This document shows positions 18,266 to 26,737 of a stretch of 64,000 nucleotides of DNA, one piece after another. Position numbers and translations under genes: made by a program. Where the stretch lies: assembly GCA_965200315.1 (NCBI GenBank), contig OZ241362.1, positions 5,024,001-5,088,000 of the forward strand, written 5' to 3'. Under the pieces are notes generated by a model. The model did not search any database. It saw only the letters and a program-made list of their open reading frames with translations, and was not told the DNA's origin. The stretch is from Candidatus Latescibacterota bacterium (GTDB lineage: Bacteria; Latescibacterota; UBA2968; UBA8231). Each line of letters starts with the position of its first letter. Position 1 is the first letter of the stretch.

Positions 18266-20254
18266 ATGGTCGCATTTAGAGGTTGCTGCGCTGCGCTTTT
18301 GTTGGCTGCCAGTAGCATTCCGGCTGCGGGATTGACCGTCTATCGGCTGGGCGGCGAGGGCTTGCCGCTGCCGCCCGAAGTGGCCAGCGGGCAAGCCGAT
18401 TTCGTTCAATTTAGCTGGGCCGAACTCGATTCCGATTTGCAGGGAACAAGCGAATCCCTGACGATTGCGCCCGACAGCATTACGCCCTTGTTCTTCTCCA
18501 CGGATTTCAATATCGCGACGACGGTCAATGATCGCGGCGGCTACCTACATACCCAGGGCTTTCAAGCGTGGATCGAAACCGATGACACCAATTTTGTAAA
18601 TGACGGCGATCCCGCGACGGCCTATTACGAGGAGAAGGGGTCCAATCGGGTGAACGTGGGGGATGATTTGCGGTTTGGCAAAACCTTGTTGTTCGACCTC
18701 GGCGGCTTGTTTGCGGTAGATCGAATCCGCTTTTTCACGCGCACTAACAACGAAGACAATTACATCGAACTCTTCCACATCTGGACCAATACGCTGACGA
18801 TTGAAGAAGCGGGAATCAGCAGCGTGGACCTCTGCACTGCTGGCAGGACGGAAAACTGTTTGGGCTTCATCAACCGGGCCCACCGCGACATCTACGACCG
18901 CAAAGACATGTATTTTGAAGCGCTGTTGGAGGTCAAAGAAAACACCCGCTCTACGGTAGAAGTGGAACTCACCGGCGAGTACATTCGCCGCGTGGTGCTG
19001 TTCGTGCCGTCGCAGCCAACGCGCGACTGGGAGATCGCCGAGTTTGAGATCTTCGCACCCGGCTATGTGCCCAACGCCTCGTATCTTTCCAACATTCTCG
19101 ATCTTGGTCAAGAGGTCACGCTAGGTGAGCTGCGCTGGTCGGGGCACAAAGACGCGGAGGCCACAGTCAACATCCGCAGCCAGAGCGGCAGCGATGACGA
19201 TCCCAATATATACTGGCGTCATACCTTCCGGGGTGAAGAGCAGGTCCAATACGACACCAAGGGCAAGCCGCTAACGATGCGCACCTACGGCCGCTTGGAA
19301 ATTTCCGAGCGCGGCAAAATCACCCGCGATGCAGCCAATTGGGATTTCTGGTCTACGACCTACGATTTCAGCGACAGTGTCGGGACGCGCTGGTCGGCGA
19401 CTAAGCCCCGGCGCTTTGTCCAGTTTGAGTTGGATTTTCAATCAAATATCGCCACGGGCAGCCGGATGAATTACGTGGAGTTCACTACGTCCCCGCCAGC
19501 GGTCACGGCGCTGGTGGGAGAAATCGATCCCTATCAGGCGGAGACGGCCCAAGTGACGGAGTTCACTTACGCCATCCGGCCTACCATTGGGCTTGAAGAC
19601 CAAGGGTTCGATCACGTAGAAATCTCGGCTAAGGGCGGGCGACTGGTGAGCATCGATGGCGTGCGGGTCGGTGGCCAAGAGGTAGCTTTTGAGCGGGTCG
19701 AAGAAGGGGCTGAGCGGCTGGTGGTAGGTGTGCCGAGGTTGAACGTGGACCACACCGAAGAGGTGGTGGAGGTGGCTTTCAGCGGCGAGATTTTTCGCTA
19801 TGGGGCGACCTTTGCCGGTCGCGTGTTCGACAGCGATACTCCACAGGAGATTTGGCAGCCGGTGCAGCCTGGCGACGCCACCGCGCTCAGGGATGGCAAT
19901 AGCCTTTCGGTGCAGGCCGTTGCGCTCGGTTCCCGGGTCCTCGGCGCACTAGACTTGGCTGGGGGCGTCTTGACGCCCAATGGCGACGGCGTCAACGACG
20001 GGTTGGACATTGCCTACGATCTGCTCAAACTGGTGGCACCGGCTCCGGTGGTGGTGGAGGTGCGGGACTTGGCCGGCGGATTGGTGCGCGGGGTGTACAA
20101 TGGTCTCGACGCGGCCGGTCGCCACCGGCGGCAGTGGGACGGTTTGGATGAGCACGGGCAGCAGGTGGCCCCCGGCGTTTACATTTGCCGCATCGAGGTA
20201 GCCACCGAGGAGGGGCGGCGGCAGCGCTCAGGGGTCGTAGCGGTCGCCTATTGA
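18266..20254 (+). CDS. Secreted protein with C-terminal FlgD-Ig / CHU_C-like domain, paralog A
   Basis: Signal peptide; discoidin-like DG..TAY...FDLG..F.V..I.F; LTPNGDGVND...DLAG..VR...WDG.D..G..V.PGVY; ends VAY. Confidence 0.72.
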   Translation: MVAFRGCCAALLLAASSIPAAGLTVYRLGGEGLPLPPEVASGQADFVQFSWAELDSDLQGTSESLTIAPDSITPLFFSTDFNIATTVNDRGGYLHTQGFQAWIETDDTNFVNDGDPATAYYEEKGSNRVNVGDDLRFGKTLLFDLGGLFAVDRIRFFTRTNNEDNYIELFHIWTNTLTIEEAGISSVDLCTAGRTENCLGFINRAHRDIYDRKDMYFEALLEVKENTRSTVEVELTGEYIRRVVLFVPSQPTRDWEIAEFEIFAPGYVPNASYLSNILDLGQEVTLGELRWSGHKDAEATVNIRSQSGSDDDPNIYWRHTFRGEEQVQYDTKGKPLTMRTYGRLEISERGKITRDAANWDFWSTTYDFSDSVGTRWSATKPRRFVQFELDFQSNIATGSRMNYVEFTTSPPAVTALVGEIDPYQAETAQVTEFTYAIRPTIGLEDQGFDHVEISAKGGRLVSIDGVRVGGQEVAFERVEEGAERLVVGVPRLNVDHTEEVVEVAFSGEIFRYGATFAGRVFDSDTPQEIWQPVQPGDATALRDGNSLSVQAVALGSRVLGALDLAGGVLTPNGDGVNDGLDIAYDLLKLVAPAPVVVEVRDLAGGLVRGVYNGLDAAGRHRRQWDGLDEHGQQVAPGVYICRIEVATEEGRRQRSGVVAVAY

Positions 20255-20280
20255 AACCGGCTAGTTCAGGAGATTGAGGT

Positions 20281-22848
20281 ATGGTTAGAGGGAAGTGCTC
20301 ACTAGCGCTGGGTTTGGGGCTTGGGTTGTGGGGGTTGGTGGAGGCGCAGAATCACGCTCTGCGCTCCGACCACGTGGTCGTAAACACCCAAAGACACTGG
20401 AGTAATTGGGCCTTCGTCGAGGGGACGCTGGATATCTCCGCTACTGGGGAGGTCGTTCCGGCCTTCGTGCCCAAAGATCACAACGCGGTAATGGACATTG
20501 TCCAACACCTGCAGCGCATCGCCGATAACGCAACCATCCTCGACGCGATCGAAGCCGGTTCCAACAAGGCGGCGGTCGCCAACCTCTTCGACGGCGACGA
20601 GACGACCTATTGGGAGCCCGATCCCGACAGCCCATTGCGGGACTGGTGGATCCAGATCGATATGGGACGATTGATCAATGCCACGCGCGTAGGGTTGCAA
20701 TTTGTGCCCGAGGGGCAGGGCGATCCCTTCCTGCAATTCGCGGTGCTGACGGCCGACAACGCCGATCAGGGCAACAAGATCGCGGGCAAGGTGCCCATGC
20801 ACTTGGTGTACCGCACCCCAAGCGACAACAAAAACCAGCGCGAGTTCGAGTTCGACCTGAGCCGAGGGGAGCTGATCGACCCCACGCCCGGCGTGGATTT
20901 TGCGGGCGACATGGTGCGCTTTGTGCAAGTCGTGGTCACCGAAAGCGATGGCGCGCGCGCCGTCGAGGTGTCGGCTGACGAATACGGGGCATTGGCCAGC
21001 CGCGACAAGGGCGACATGGTTTTCTACAAGCAGGTGGGGGAAGGGGAAGTGGAGGTCGAGGAGGCGATCTACGAGGCGATTGACCCGCAACTGCGCGGCC
21101 CGGTGCGCTACTATCGGCGGGAGCGACCGCGCTTGGCTGAGTTGGCCGTCTATGAGTTGGGCAAAAACATTTCGCAGGGCATGATCTTAGACCGCAACGG
21201 CAGCGCCGAGAGTTCCCACGATGGGTCTGTGGGCAATCTAGTGGACGGAGAAGGCACCTATCTAACCTTTAATCTCAAAGCCTTTCAGACGGGGAACGTG
21301 GAATTCGGCGAGCGCTTTCTGGAGTTCGACCTAGGCGCTTCCTACTGGCTCGACACCGTGCAGCTATGGTACAGCCTCAGCGTTGCTGGCGGCCGGCTGG
21401 CTGGAGCCAGTTTTCACCGCTACGCAATCCAGACTTCGGACGGCACGCCCGCCCCAGGTGGCGGTCAGTTGTGGCGGGTGCCCGAACAGGTCCGCGGTTT
21501 GGGTACGGCGTATGAAGTCAACACCTTTCAGCCGACGCCAGCCCGCTTTATGCGCATAGCCTATCCTTTTGCCAGCAGCGAGTCGGGACGGGAGGGAAAT
21601 AAAGCGCGCGTCCGAGAAGTGCAGATCTACGGCGAAGGGCACCATCCCGAGGTGGAGTTGGAGTCGGGGTTGATTCCATTGCAAGGGGCCAAGAGCTTGG
21701 TGTCGATTGCATGGGAGGCAGACGTGCCCCCGGGCACGTCCGTGCAAATCCAGACCCGCACCGGCAATGAGGTCGCCGAAGCGTACCGCTACTACGACAG
21801 TGGCGGCGTGGAAGTCTCGGAGGGCAAATACGCGAAGCTAGGCTTTTTCAAAAAGGGCCGGATCGACACCCTACAGGTGGCTGGCTCCGACTGGAGCAAC
21901 TGGAGCGCACCCTACGCACGTTCCGGCGACCCGATTGCCTCGCCCAGCCCGCGCCAATACCTGACCTTGCGCGCCCGGTTGACGACCCCAGATCCCCTAG
22001 AGGCAGCCAGTCTGCACTCCATCCGCTTGAACTTCAATCCGCCGGTGGCAAAACAACTGCAAGGCGAACTGGATATAGGGCTTTTTGAGCGCTTGGGGGT
22101 GCCGCAGGAGGTGTCGCTATTTGTCGAGCCGATCTTCGCGCCGCAGGATTTGGGCTTCGACGAGATCTTGGTGCGCACACCGCCAGATATGTCGCTCGAA
22201 TTCGGCGGGGTGCGCTTGGGCAGCGCGGCGCAGTGGGAAAGCGGCCAAGCCGAAGAGCTGGCCGAGGTGCAGATAGTGGAGACGCGCTCCGACTCGCTGT
22301 GGTTGCGCCTAGACCGGCTGGTAAAGCAGGGCGGGCAGGTCGATCTGATTGAGGTGCGGTTTACGACGGCGCTATTTTCCCCTGGGGTTGTGCTCCAAGC
22401 GGCACTGGGCAATTCGTCGTTGGCCAATTCGTGGCAACAGGTTGACCCAGCAGACGTGACCGAATTGGCCCAGAGCGAGGGGCTGCAAATTCTCGCTTCA
22501 GTGCAGGACAACAACGTGCTCGGCGATCTAGGCATCCAGCCGGAGGTAGTAACCCCCAACGGCGACGGGGTCAACGACGCGCTAACCGTTGATTTTACCG
22601 TGCGTCGGTTGAGTGGTGCTCGCCCGGTCAAAGTGCGGATCTACGACTTAGGCGGGCGGCTGGTGCGCCGCCTCGATACCCCAAAGCCCTTAGTGGCCGG
22701 GGAATACGTGCTCGACTGGGTAGCCGATGACGATCAGGGGCAACTAGTGCCGCCCGGAATGTACATTTTGCGCATCGACGTCGATGTGGATTCAAATCGC
22801 GACGTGCGGCAAACGGGCGTCCAGCGCTTGCTGCACGTGGCGTATTGA
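20281..22848 (+). CDS. Secreted protein with discoidin-like and C-terminal FlgD-Ig-like domains, paralog B
   Basis: Signal peptide; NLFDGDETTYW..WWIQIDMG (F5/8C-like); VTPNGDGVND...YDLGGRLVR...PPGMY; ends VAY. Confidence 0.72.
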   Translation: MVRGKCSLALGLGLGLWGLVEAQNHALRSDHVVVNTQRHWSNWAFVEGTLDISATGEVVPAFVPKDHNAVMDIVQHLQRIADNATILDAIEAGSNKAAVANLFDGDETTYWEPDPDSPLRDWWIQIDMGRLINATRVGLQFVPEGQGDPFLQFAVLTADNADQGNKIAGKVPMHLVYRTPSDNKNQREFEFDLSRGELIDPTPGVDFAGDMVRFVQVVVTESDGARAVEVSADEYGALASRDKGDMVFYKQVGEGEVEVEEAIYEAIDPQLRGPVRYYRRERPRLAELAVYELGKNISQGMILDRNGSAESSHDGSVGNLVDGEGTYLTFNLKAFQTGNVEFGERFLEFDLGASYWLDTVQLWYSLSVAGGRLAGASFHRYAIQTSDGTPAPGGGQLWRVPEQVRGLGTAYEVNTFQPTPARFMRIAYPFASSESGREGNKARVREVQIYGEGHHPEVELESGLIPLQGAKSLVSIAWEADVPPGTSVQIQTRTGNEVAEAYRYYDSGGVEVSEGKYAKLGFFKKGRIDTLQVAGSDWSNWSAPYARSGDPIASPSPRQYLTLRARLTTPDPLEAASLHSIRLNFNPPVAKQLQGELDIGLFERLGVPQEVSLFVEPIFAPQDLGFDEILVRTPPDMSLEFGGVRLGSAAQWESGQAEELAEVQIVETRSDSLWLRLDRLVKQGGQVDLIEVRFTTALFSPGVVLQAALGNSSLANSWQQVDPADVTELAQSEGLQILASVQDNNVLGDLGIQPEVVTPNGDGVNDALTVDFTVRRLSGARPVKVRIYDLGGRLVRRLDTPKPLVAGEYVLDWVADDDQGQLVPPGMYILRIDVDVDSNRDVRQTGVQRLLHVAY

Positions 22849-22861
22849 AAGAGAATTGGCT

Positions 22862-25060
22862 GTGTTGTATCCGCGCACAAAGGCGCTGGTATTGGTATTG
22901 TTGGCGGTGCAGAATCTGGGAGCAGAGCGTCGCACGATTGTCCTAGGCGGTGAAGACGGTTTGACGTGGGAAAGCGGCGGCGGCGCGATTGCGGCTTTGA
23001 TACAAACCGGTCCGACTGAGGTCGAGGTTAGCAACACCCCGGGCAATGTACTCGAGTTCGACGCCGATGGCCGAGTGGGATGGCTGTCGCCGCAACAGGC
23101 GGATGAGACCGTAAATATAGCCTTGGGCCTCCTCGACCGCGGCGGTCGCCTTGGAGCGCCGACCATCTTGTCGCAGGTCATAAAAGACCAGCTAATTTTT
23201 ATGATCGACGACGACCCCACGACCGCCTTTGAGCGCAAGACGGCTCGCGGAGGAAGCCAGGTCAACTCGCTTGGGGTCATCATGGATTTCGATTTAGGTG
23301 CGCGGTTTGGCGTCGAGCGGATCCAGTTTTTTCCCCGCAACGCGCACCCGAATTTCCCCGCCCCTGATTTCCCATTCCAGAACGATTTTCTGCGCGGCTT
23401 TGAACTGCTGCTCAACGACGGCAGCGAAGAAACGCAGGTGGCCAATCAGCCGGTGCTGACCACTGTCGAACTAGAGCCTGAAAACGAAGAACCGGTCGTC
23501 GAACTGACCATCCCACCGCAATACGTCCGTTACATCCGCCTGAAATCGCAGACCACCGTGGGGTTTGAGATTGCCGAATTCCGCGTGTTTGGCTCCGGTT
23601 TCGTGCCCCGCGCCGACTATCTTTCCAACATTTTCGATTTTGGCGAGGAATTGGCGCTGTGGGGGCGCATCCGCTGGGAGGAGGAACACTTCGGCACCGA
23701 ACGCCTGTCGCGCTTGCTGATCAGTTCGCGCAGCGGCTGGGACGACACGCCGTTGGAATTCACTCGCCTGCATCCAGACAGCGGGGAGGAGGTGCTGTGG
23801 CGGGCAGGCGCGGTAGCGACTACGGCGACGGGTGATGCGGTTGACTTAGACGCGATTGACGATGTTGAAGAAGCCCTCGACCTCTTCAACACCCTGCCCA
23901 TTGACGAGCGCAATCAGGTGGCGTTGACGCAGGACGAGTACGACGATTTGAGAAGTTCGGATAAGGGCGATGTGCGCGATGACTTAGTCGCTTGGAGCCG
24001 CTGGTCGCCGCCGTATAAGCTGACTGCGGGCGCTGTAAACGCCGCAAACATCGGCGGCGACGCCCGGGGCGTGCCCATCCTCTCGCCCGGCCCGCGCCGC
24101 TATTTCCAGTTGAAGGCCGAGTTCGACAGCCAAGACTTGGAAGCCGCCCGCGCATTGGGTGCGCTAGCCTTTACGGTATCCAATCCGCCGCTGACCGAGC
24201 GGATCATCAGCGAGGTCGTCCCGCGTCAAGTCGAATTGGGAGTACCGGTGTCGTTTACGTATGCCGTCTTGCCGACCAAGATGCGCCAAGGTGTGGATTT
24301 GGGTTTCGATGTTTTCGAGATCGCCACACCTGTGCGCTCTGAAGAGATCGAGACTATCGAGGTGGTGCATGCCGACGGCGAGGTGCAGACGGCGGATTTC
24401 ACGGGCGTGGGCTTGACCAATCTGCCGGTTCAGGACGACAGCGGCCTCTTTGCCGTGGAATCGGTGACTGAGCGACACCTGCGGGTGCGCTTTCCCGCAA
24501 TCACGGAAAGCGATTTGGCTGCGGGCCGCGCGGCGTTGCTCAAAATTCGCTTCAAGTGCCGCGTGCTGAGGTTTGGCACGACCTTTACCGGTACGGCTTG
24601 GAACAGCGCGACCGACGACCTCGGCCAGCGGGTTATCGGCGGCAATGCAGCCGATTTGGGGGCAGCAGATGACGATCTAATACCCATCGGGGCCGCCGAC
24701 CCAAACGACCTAGCGGTAAGGGTGCCGCTGGCCGGTGGCCGCCTGATGATTAACGTCGCAGCCCAACCGCGTGTCTTCAGTCCCAACGGAGACGGGATCA
24801 ATGACGAGACGCGCATACACTACGATCTGGTGAGGTTGGTCGATGCAGCGCCGCTTACTGTGCGCGTGTTCGATCTAGCCGGGCACCGCGTCCGCACGCT
24901 CTTTGCAGGCGAGCAAGGAGGCGGGAGTTTCTCCGCGCAGTGGGACGGCACGAATGTCGCCGGACAACAGATGCCCCCGGGCGTCTACCTCTTCCGAGTC
25001 GATTTGGCCACCGATGCCAAAGAGGAAGCGGTCGTGGGTATCGTCGAGATGGTGTATTAG
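22862..25060 (+). CDS. Secreted protein with C-terminal FlgD-Ig-like domain, paralog C
   Basis: Signal-like N-terminus; FDLGARFGVERIQF; FSPNGDGIND...FDLAG.RVR...WDG...PPGVY; ends MVY. Start GTG 22862 or TTG 22856. Confidence 0.72.
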   Translation: MLYPRTKALVLVLLAVQNLGAERRTIVLGGEDGLTWESGGGAIAALIQTGPTEVEVSNTPGNVLEFDADGRVGWLSPQQADETVNIALGLLDRGGRLGAPTILSQVIKDQLIFMIDDDPTTAFERKTARGGSQVNSLGVIMDFDLGARFGVERIQFFPRNAHPNFPAPDFPFQNDFLRGFELLLNDGSEETQVANQPVLTTVELEPENEEPVVELTIPPQYVRYIRLKSQTTVGFEIAEFRVFGSGFVPRADYLSNIFDFGEELALWGRIRWEEEHFGTERLSRLLISSRSGWDDTPLEFTRLHPDSGEEVLWRAGAVATTATGDAVDLDAIDDVEEALDLFNTLPIDERNQVALTQDEYDDLRSSDKGDVRDDLVAWSRWSPPYKLTAGAVNAANIGGDARGVPILSPGPRRYFQLKAEFDSQDLEAARALGALAFTVSNPPLTERIISEVVPRQVELGVPVSFTYAVLPTKMRQGVDLGFDVFEIATPVRSEEIETIEVVHADGEVQTADFTGVGLTNLPVQDDSGLFAVESVTERHLRVRFPAITESDLAAGRAALLKIRFKCRVLRFGTTFTGTAWNSATDDLGQRVIGGNAADLGAADDDLIPIGAADPNDLAVRVPLAGGRLMINVAAQPRVFSPNGDGINDETRIHYDLVRLVDAAPLTVRVFDLAGHRVRTLFAGEQGGGSFSAQWDGTNVAGQQMPPGVYLFRVDLATDAKEEAVVGIVEMVY

Positions 25061-25084
25061 ACCTGCCCCCAAGGAGCCTCCACG

Positions 25085-26662
25085 ATGCGCTTTTTTACTA
25101 CCGCTGGTCCGGTCAAACCCGAAAAGCACTACTGCATCCCGCCGTTGGAGCGGCTGAATTTGCCCGAGGTGCTCGCGCTGGTGCGGGACGAGAAGTATTT
25201 CGTCCTGCACGCGCCGCGTCAGACGGGCAAGACGTCGGTGTTGTTGGCGTTGCGCGATCTGCTCAACGCCGAAGGGGTCTATCGCTGCGTGTACGTCAAC
25301 GTAGAGGGCGGGCAGGCCCTGCGCGAAGATGTGGAACAGGTGACGCGCACCTTGCTGGCTGGCTTGGCCTCTCGGGCGCGGTTGACGTTGGGCGATGAGT
25401 TTTTGAGCACGATCTGGCCACGTATCCTCGCCGAGGTGGGGCCGGGGGTTGCCTTACAGGAGACATTGACGCGCTGGTCGGAAGCGGATGCCAAGCCGCT
25501 GGTGCTGCTCATCGACGAAATTGATGCCCTCATCGGCGATTCGCTGCTGTCGGTGCTGCGGCAGTTGCGCGCCGGCTACGACCTGCGGCCGAAGAGCTTT
25601 CCGCAGAGCGTGGTGCTGTGCGGGGTGCGCGACGTGCGCGACTATCGCATTCAATCGACGGCTGAGAATGCGATGATCGCCGGGGGGAGTGCGTTCAACA
25701 TTAAGGCGCGGTCGTTGCGCTTGGGCGACTTTTCGCGGGCGGAGGTGCTGGCGTTGCTCGGCCAGCACACCGAGGCGACCGGCCAAGTGTTTACGGCCGC
25801 GGCGCAAGAGACGGTTTGGCAGCAGACGCAAGGGCAGCCGTGGCTGGTCAACGCGCTGGCTGACGAAGCCTGTTTTCACGGCGCATTCGCCGAGGCGTGG
25901 CATCGTCCGGTCCGTGCCGAGGCGATAGACGCAGCGCGGGAGCAACTCATCCTGCGGCGCGAGACGCACTTGGATCAGTTGGCCGACAAGCTCAAGGAGG
26001 AGCGGGTGCGGCTGGTGGTCGAGCCGCTGCTGAGCGGCGACGAAGCCCGCTCGCTGCCATCAGACGACTTGATGTATGTCCGCGATTTGGGTCTGATTAG
26101 CACCGACGACCCGGTGAGCATCGCCAATCCGATTTACCGCGAAGTCATTCCGCGCGAACTGACCTATACCACCCAGGCGATGTTAGCCCAAGCCCCGGCT
26201 TGGTATGTGGATCGGGCCGGCGGTTTGGACCTGGGCAAGCTGCTGACGGCGTTTCAGGCATTCTTCCGCGAGCATTCTGAACACTGGGTCGAGCGGTTCC
26301 AGTACAAGGAAGCAGGTCCGCAGCTTCTGTTGCAGGCGTTTTTGCAGCGGATCGTCAACAGCGGGGGTCGCATTGAGCGCGAATACGGCCTCGGTCGGGG
26401 GCGGACGGATTTGCTGATCGTGTGGCCGCAAGGGGAGCAGATGCGCCGGGTGGTCGTCGAGTGCAAGCTGCTGCACCAGAGCTTGGAGCAGACGATTGAC
26501 GTGGGGTTGGCGCAGACGGCGGCCTACATGGACCGCTGCGCTGCCGAGGCGGGGCATCTGGTGATTTTTGACCGCCGCGCTGGTCGGCGGTGGGCGGACA
26601 AAGTGTTCCACTGCCGCCGGACAGCGTCCAGCGGAGTGAACATTGAGGTCTGGGGAATGTGA
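25085..26662 (+). CDS. AAA ATPase with C-terminal PD-(D/E)XK nuclease-like domain
   Basis: RFFTTAGP, Walker A HAPRQTGKTS, Walker B LLIDEID, EREYGLGRGRTDL...VVECK. Confidence 0.85.
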   Translation: MRFFTTAGPVKPEKHYCIPPLERLNLPEVLALVRDEKYFVLHAPRQTGKTSVLLALRDLLNAEGVYRCVYVNVEGGQALREDVEQVTRTLLAGLASRARLTLGDEFLSTIWPRILAEVGPGVALQETLTRWSEADAKPLVLLIDEIDALIGDSLLSVLRQLRAGYDLRPKSFPQSVVLCGVRDVRDYRIQSTAENAMIAGGSAFNIKARSLRLGDFSRAEVLALLGQHTEATGQVFTAAAQETVWQQTQGQPWLVNALADEACFHGAFAEAWHRPVRAEAIDAAREQLILRRETHLDQLADKLKEERVRLVVEPLLSGDEARSLPSDDLMYVRDLGLISTDDPVSIANPIYREVIPRELTYTTQAMLAQAPAWYVDRAGGLDLGKLLTAFQAFFREHSEHWVERFQYKEAGPQLLLQAFLQRIVNSGGRIEREYGLGRGRTDLLIVWPQGEQMRRVVVECKLLHQSLEQTIDVGLAQTAAYMDRCAAEAGHLVIFDRRAGRRWADKVFHCRRTASSGVNIEVWGM

Positions 26663-26737
26663 GCAGGCGGGAGTAAGTTTTCTGGATGATTTAGGATGGC
26701 TATACACCTTCCGAATGTGTTTCTATGGAGAAACTTG

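Noticed and set aside
18266-25060. Flagellar hook-capping FlgD genes
   Set aside because: Only the C-terminal Ig-like domain resembles FlgD; the proteins have Sec-type signal peptides and no flagellar genes are nearby.
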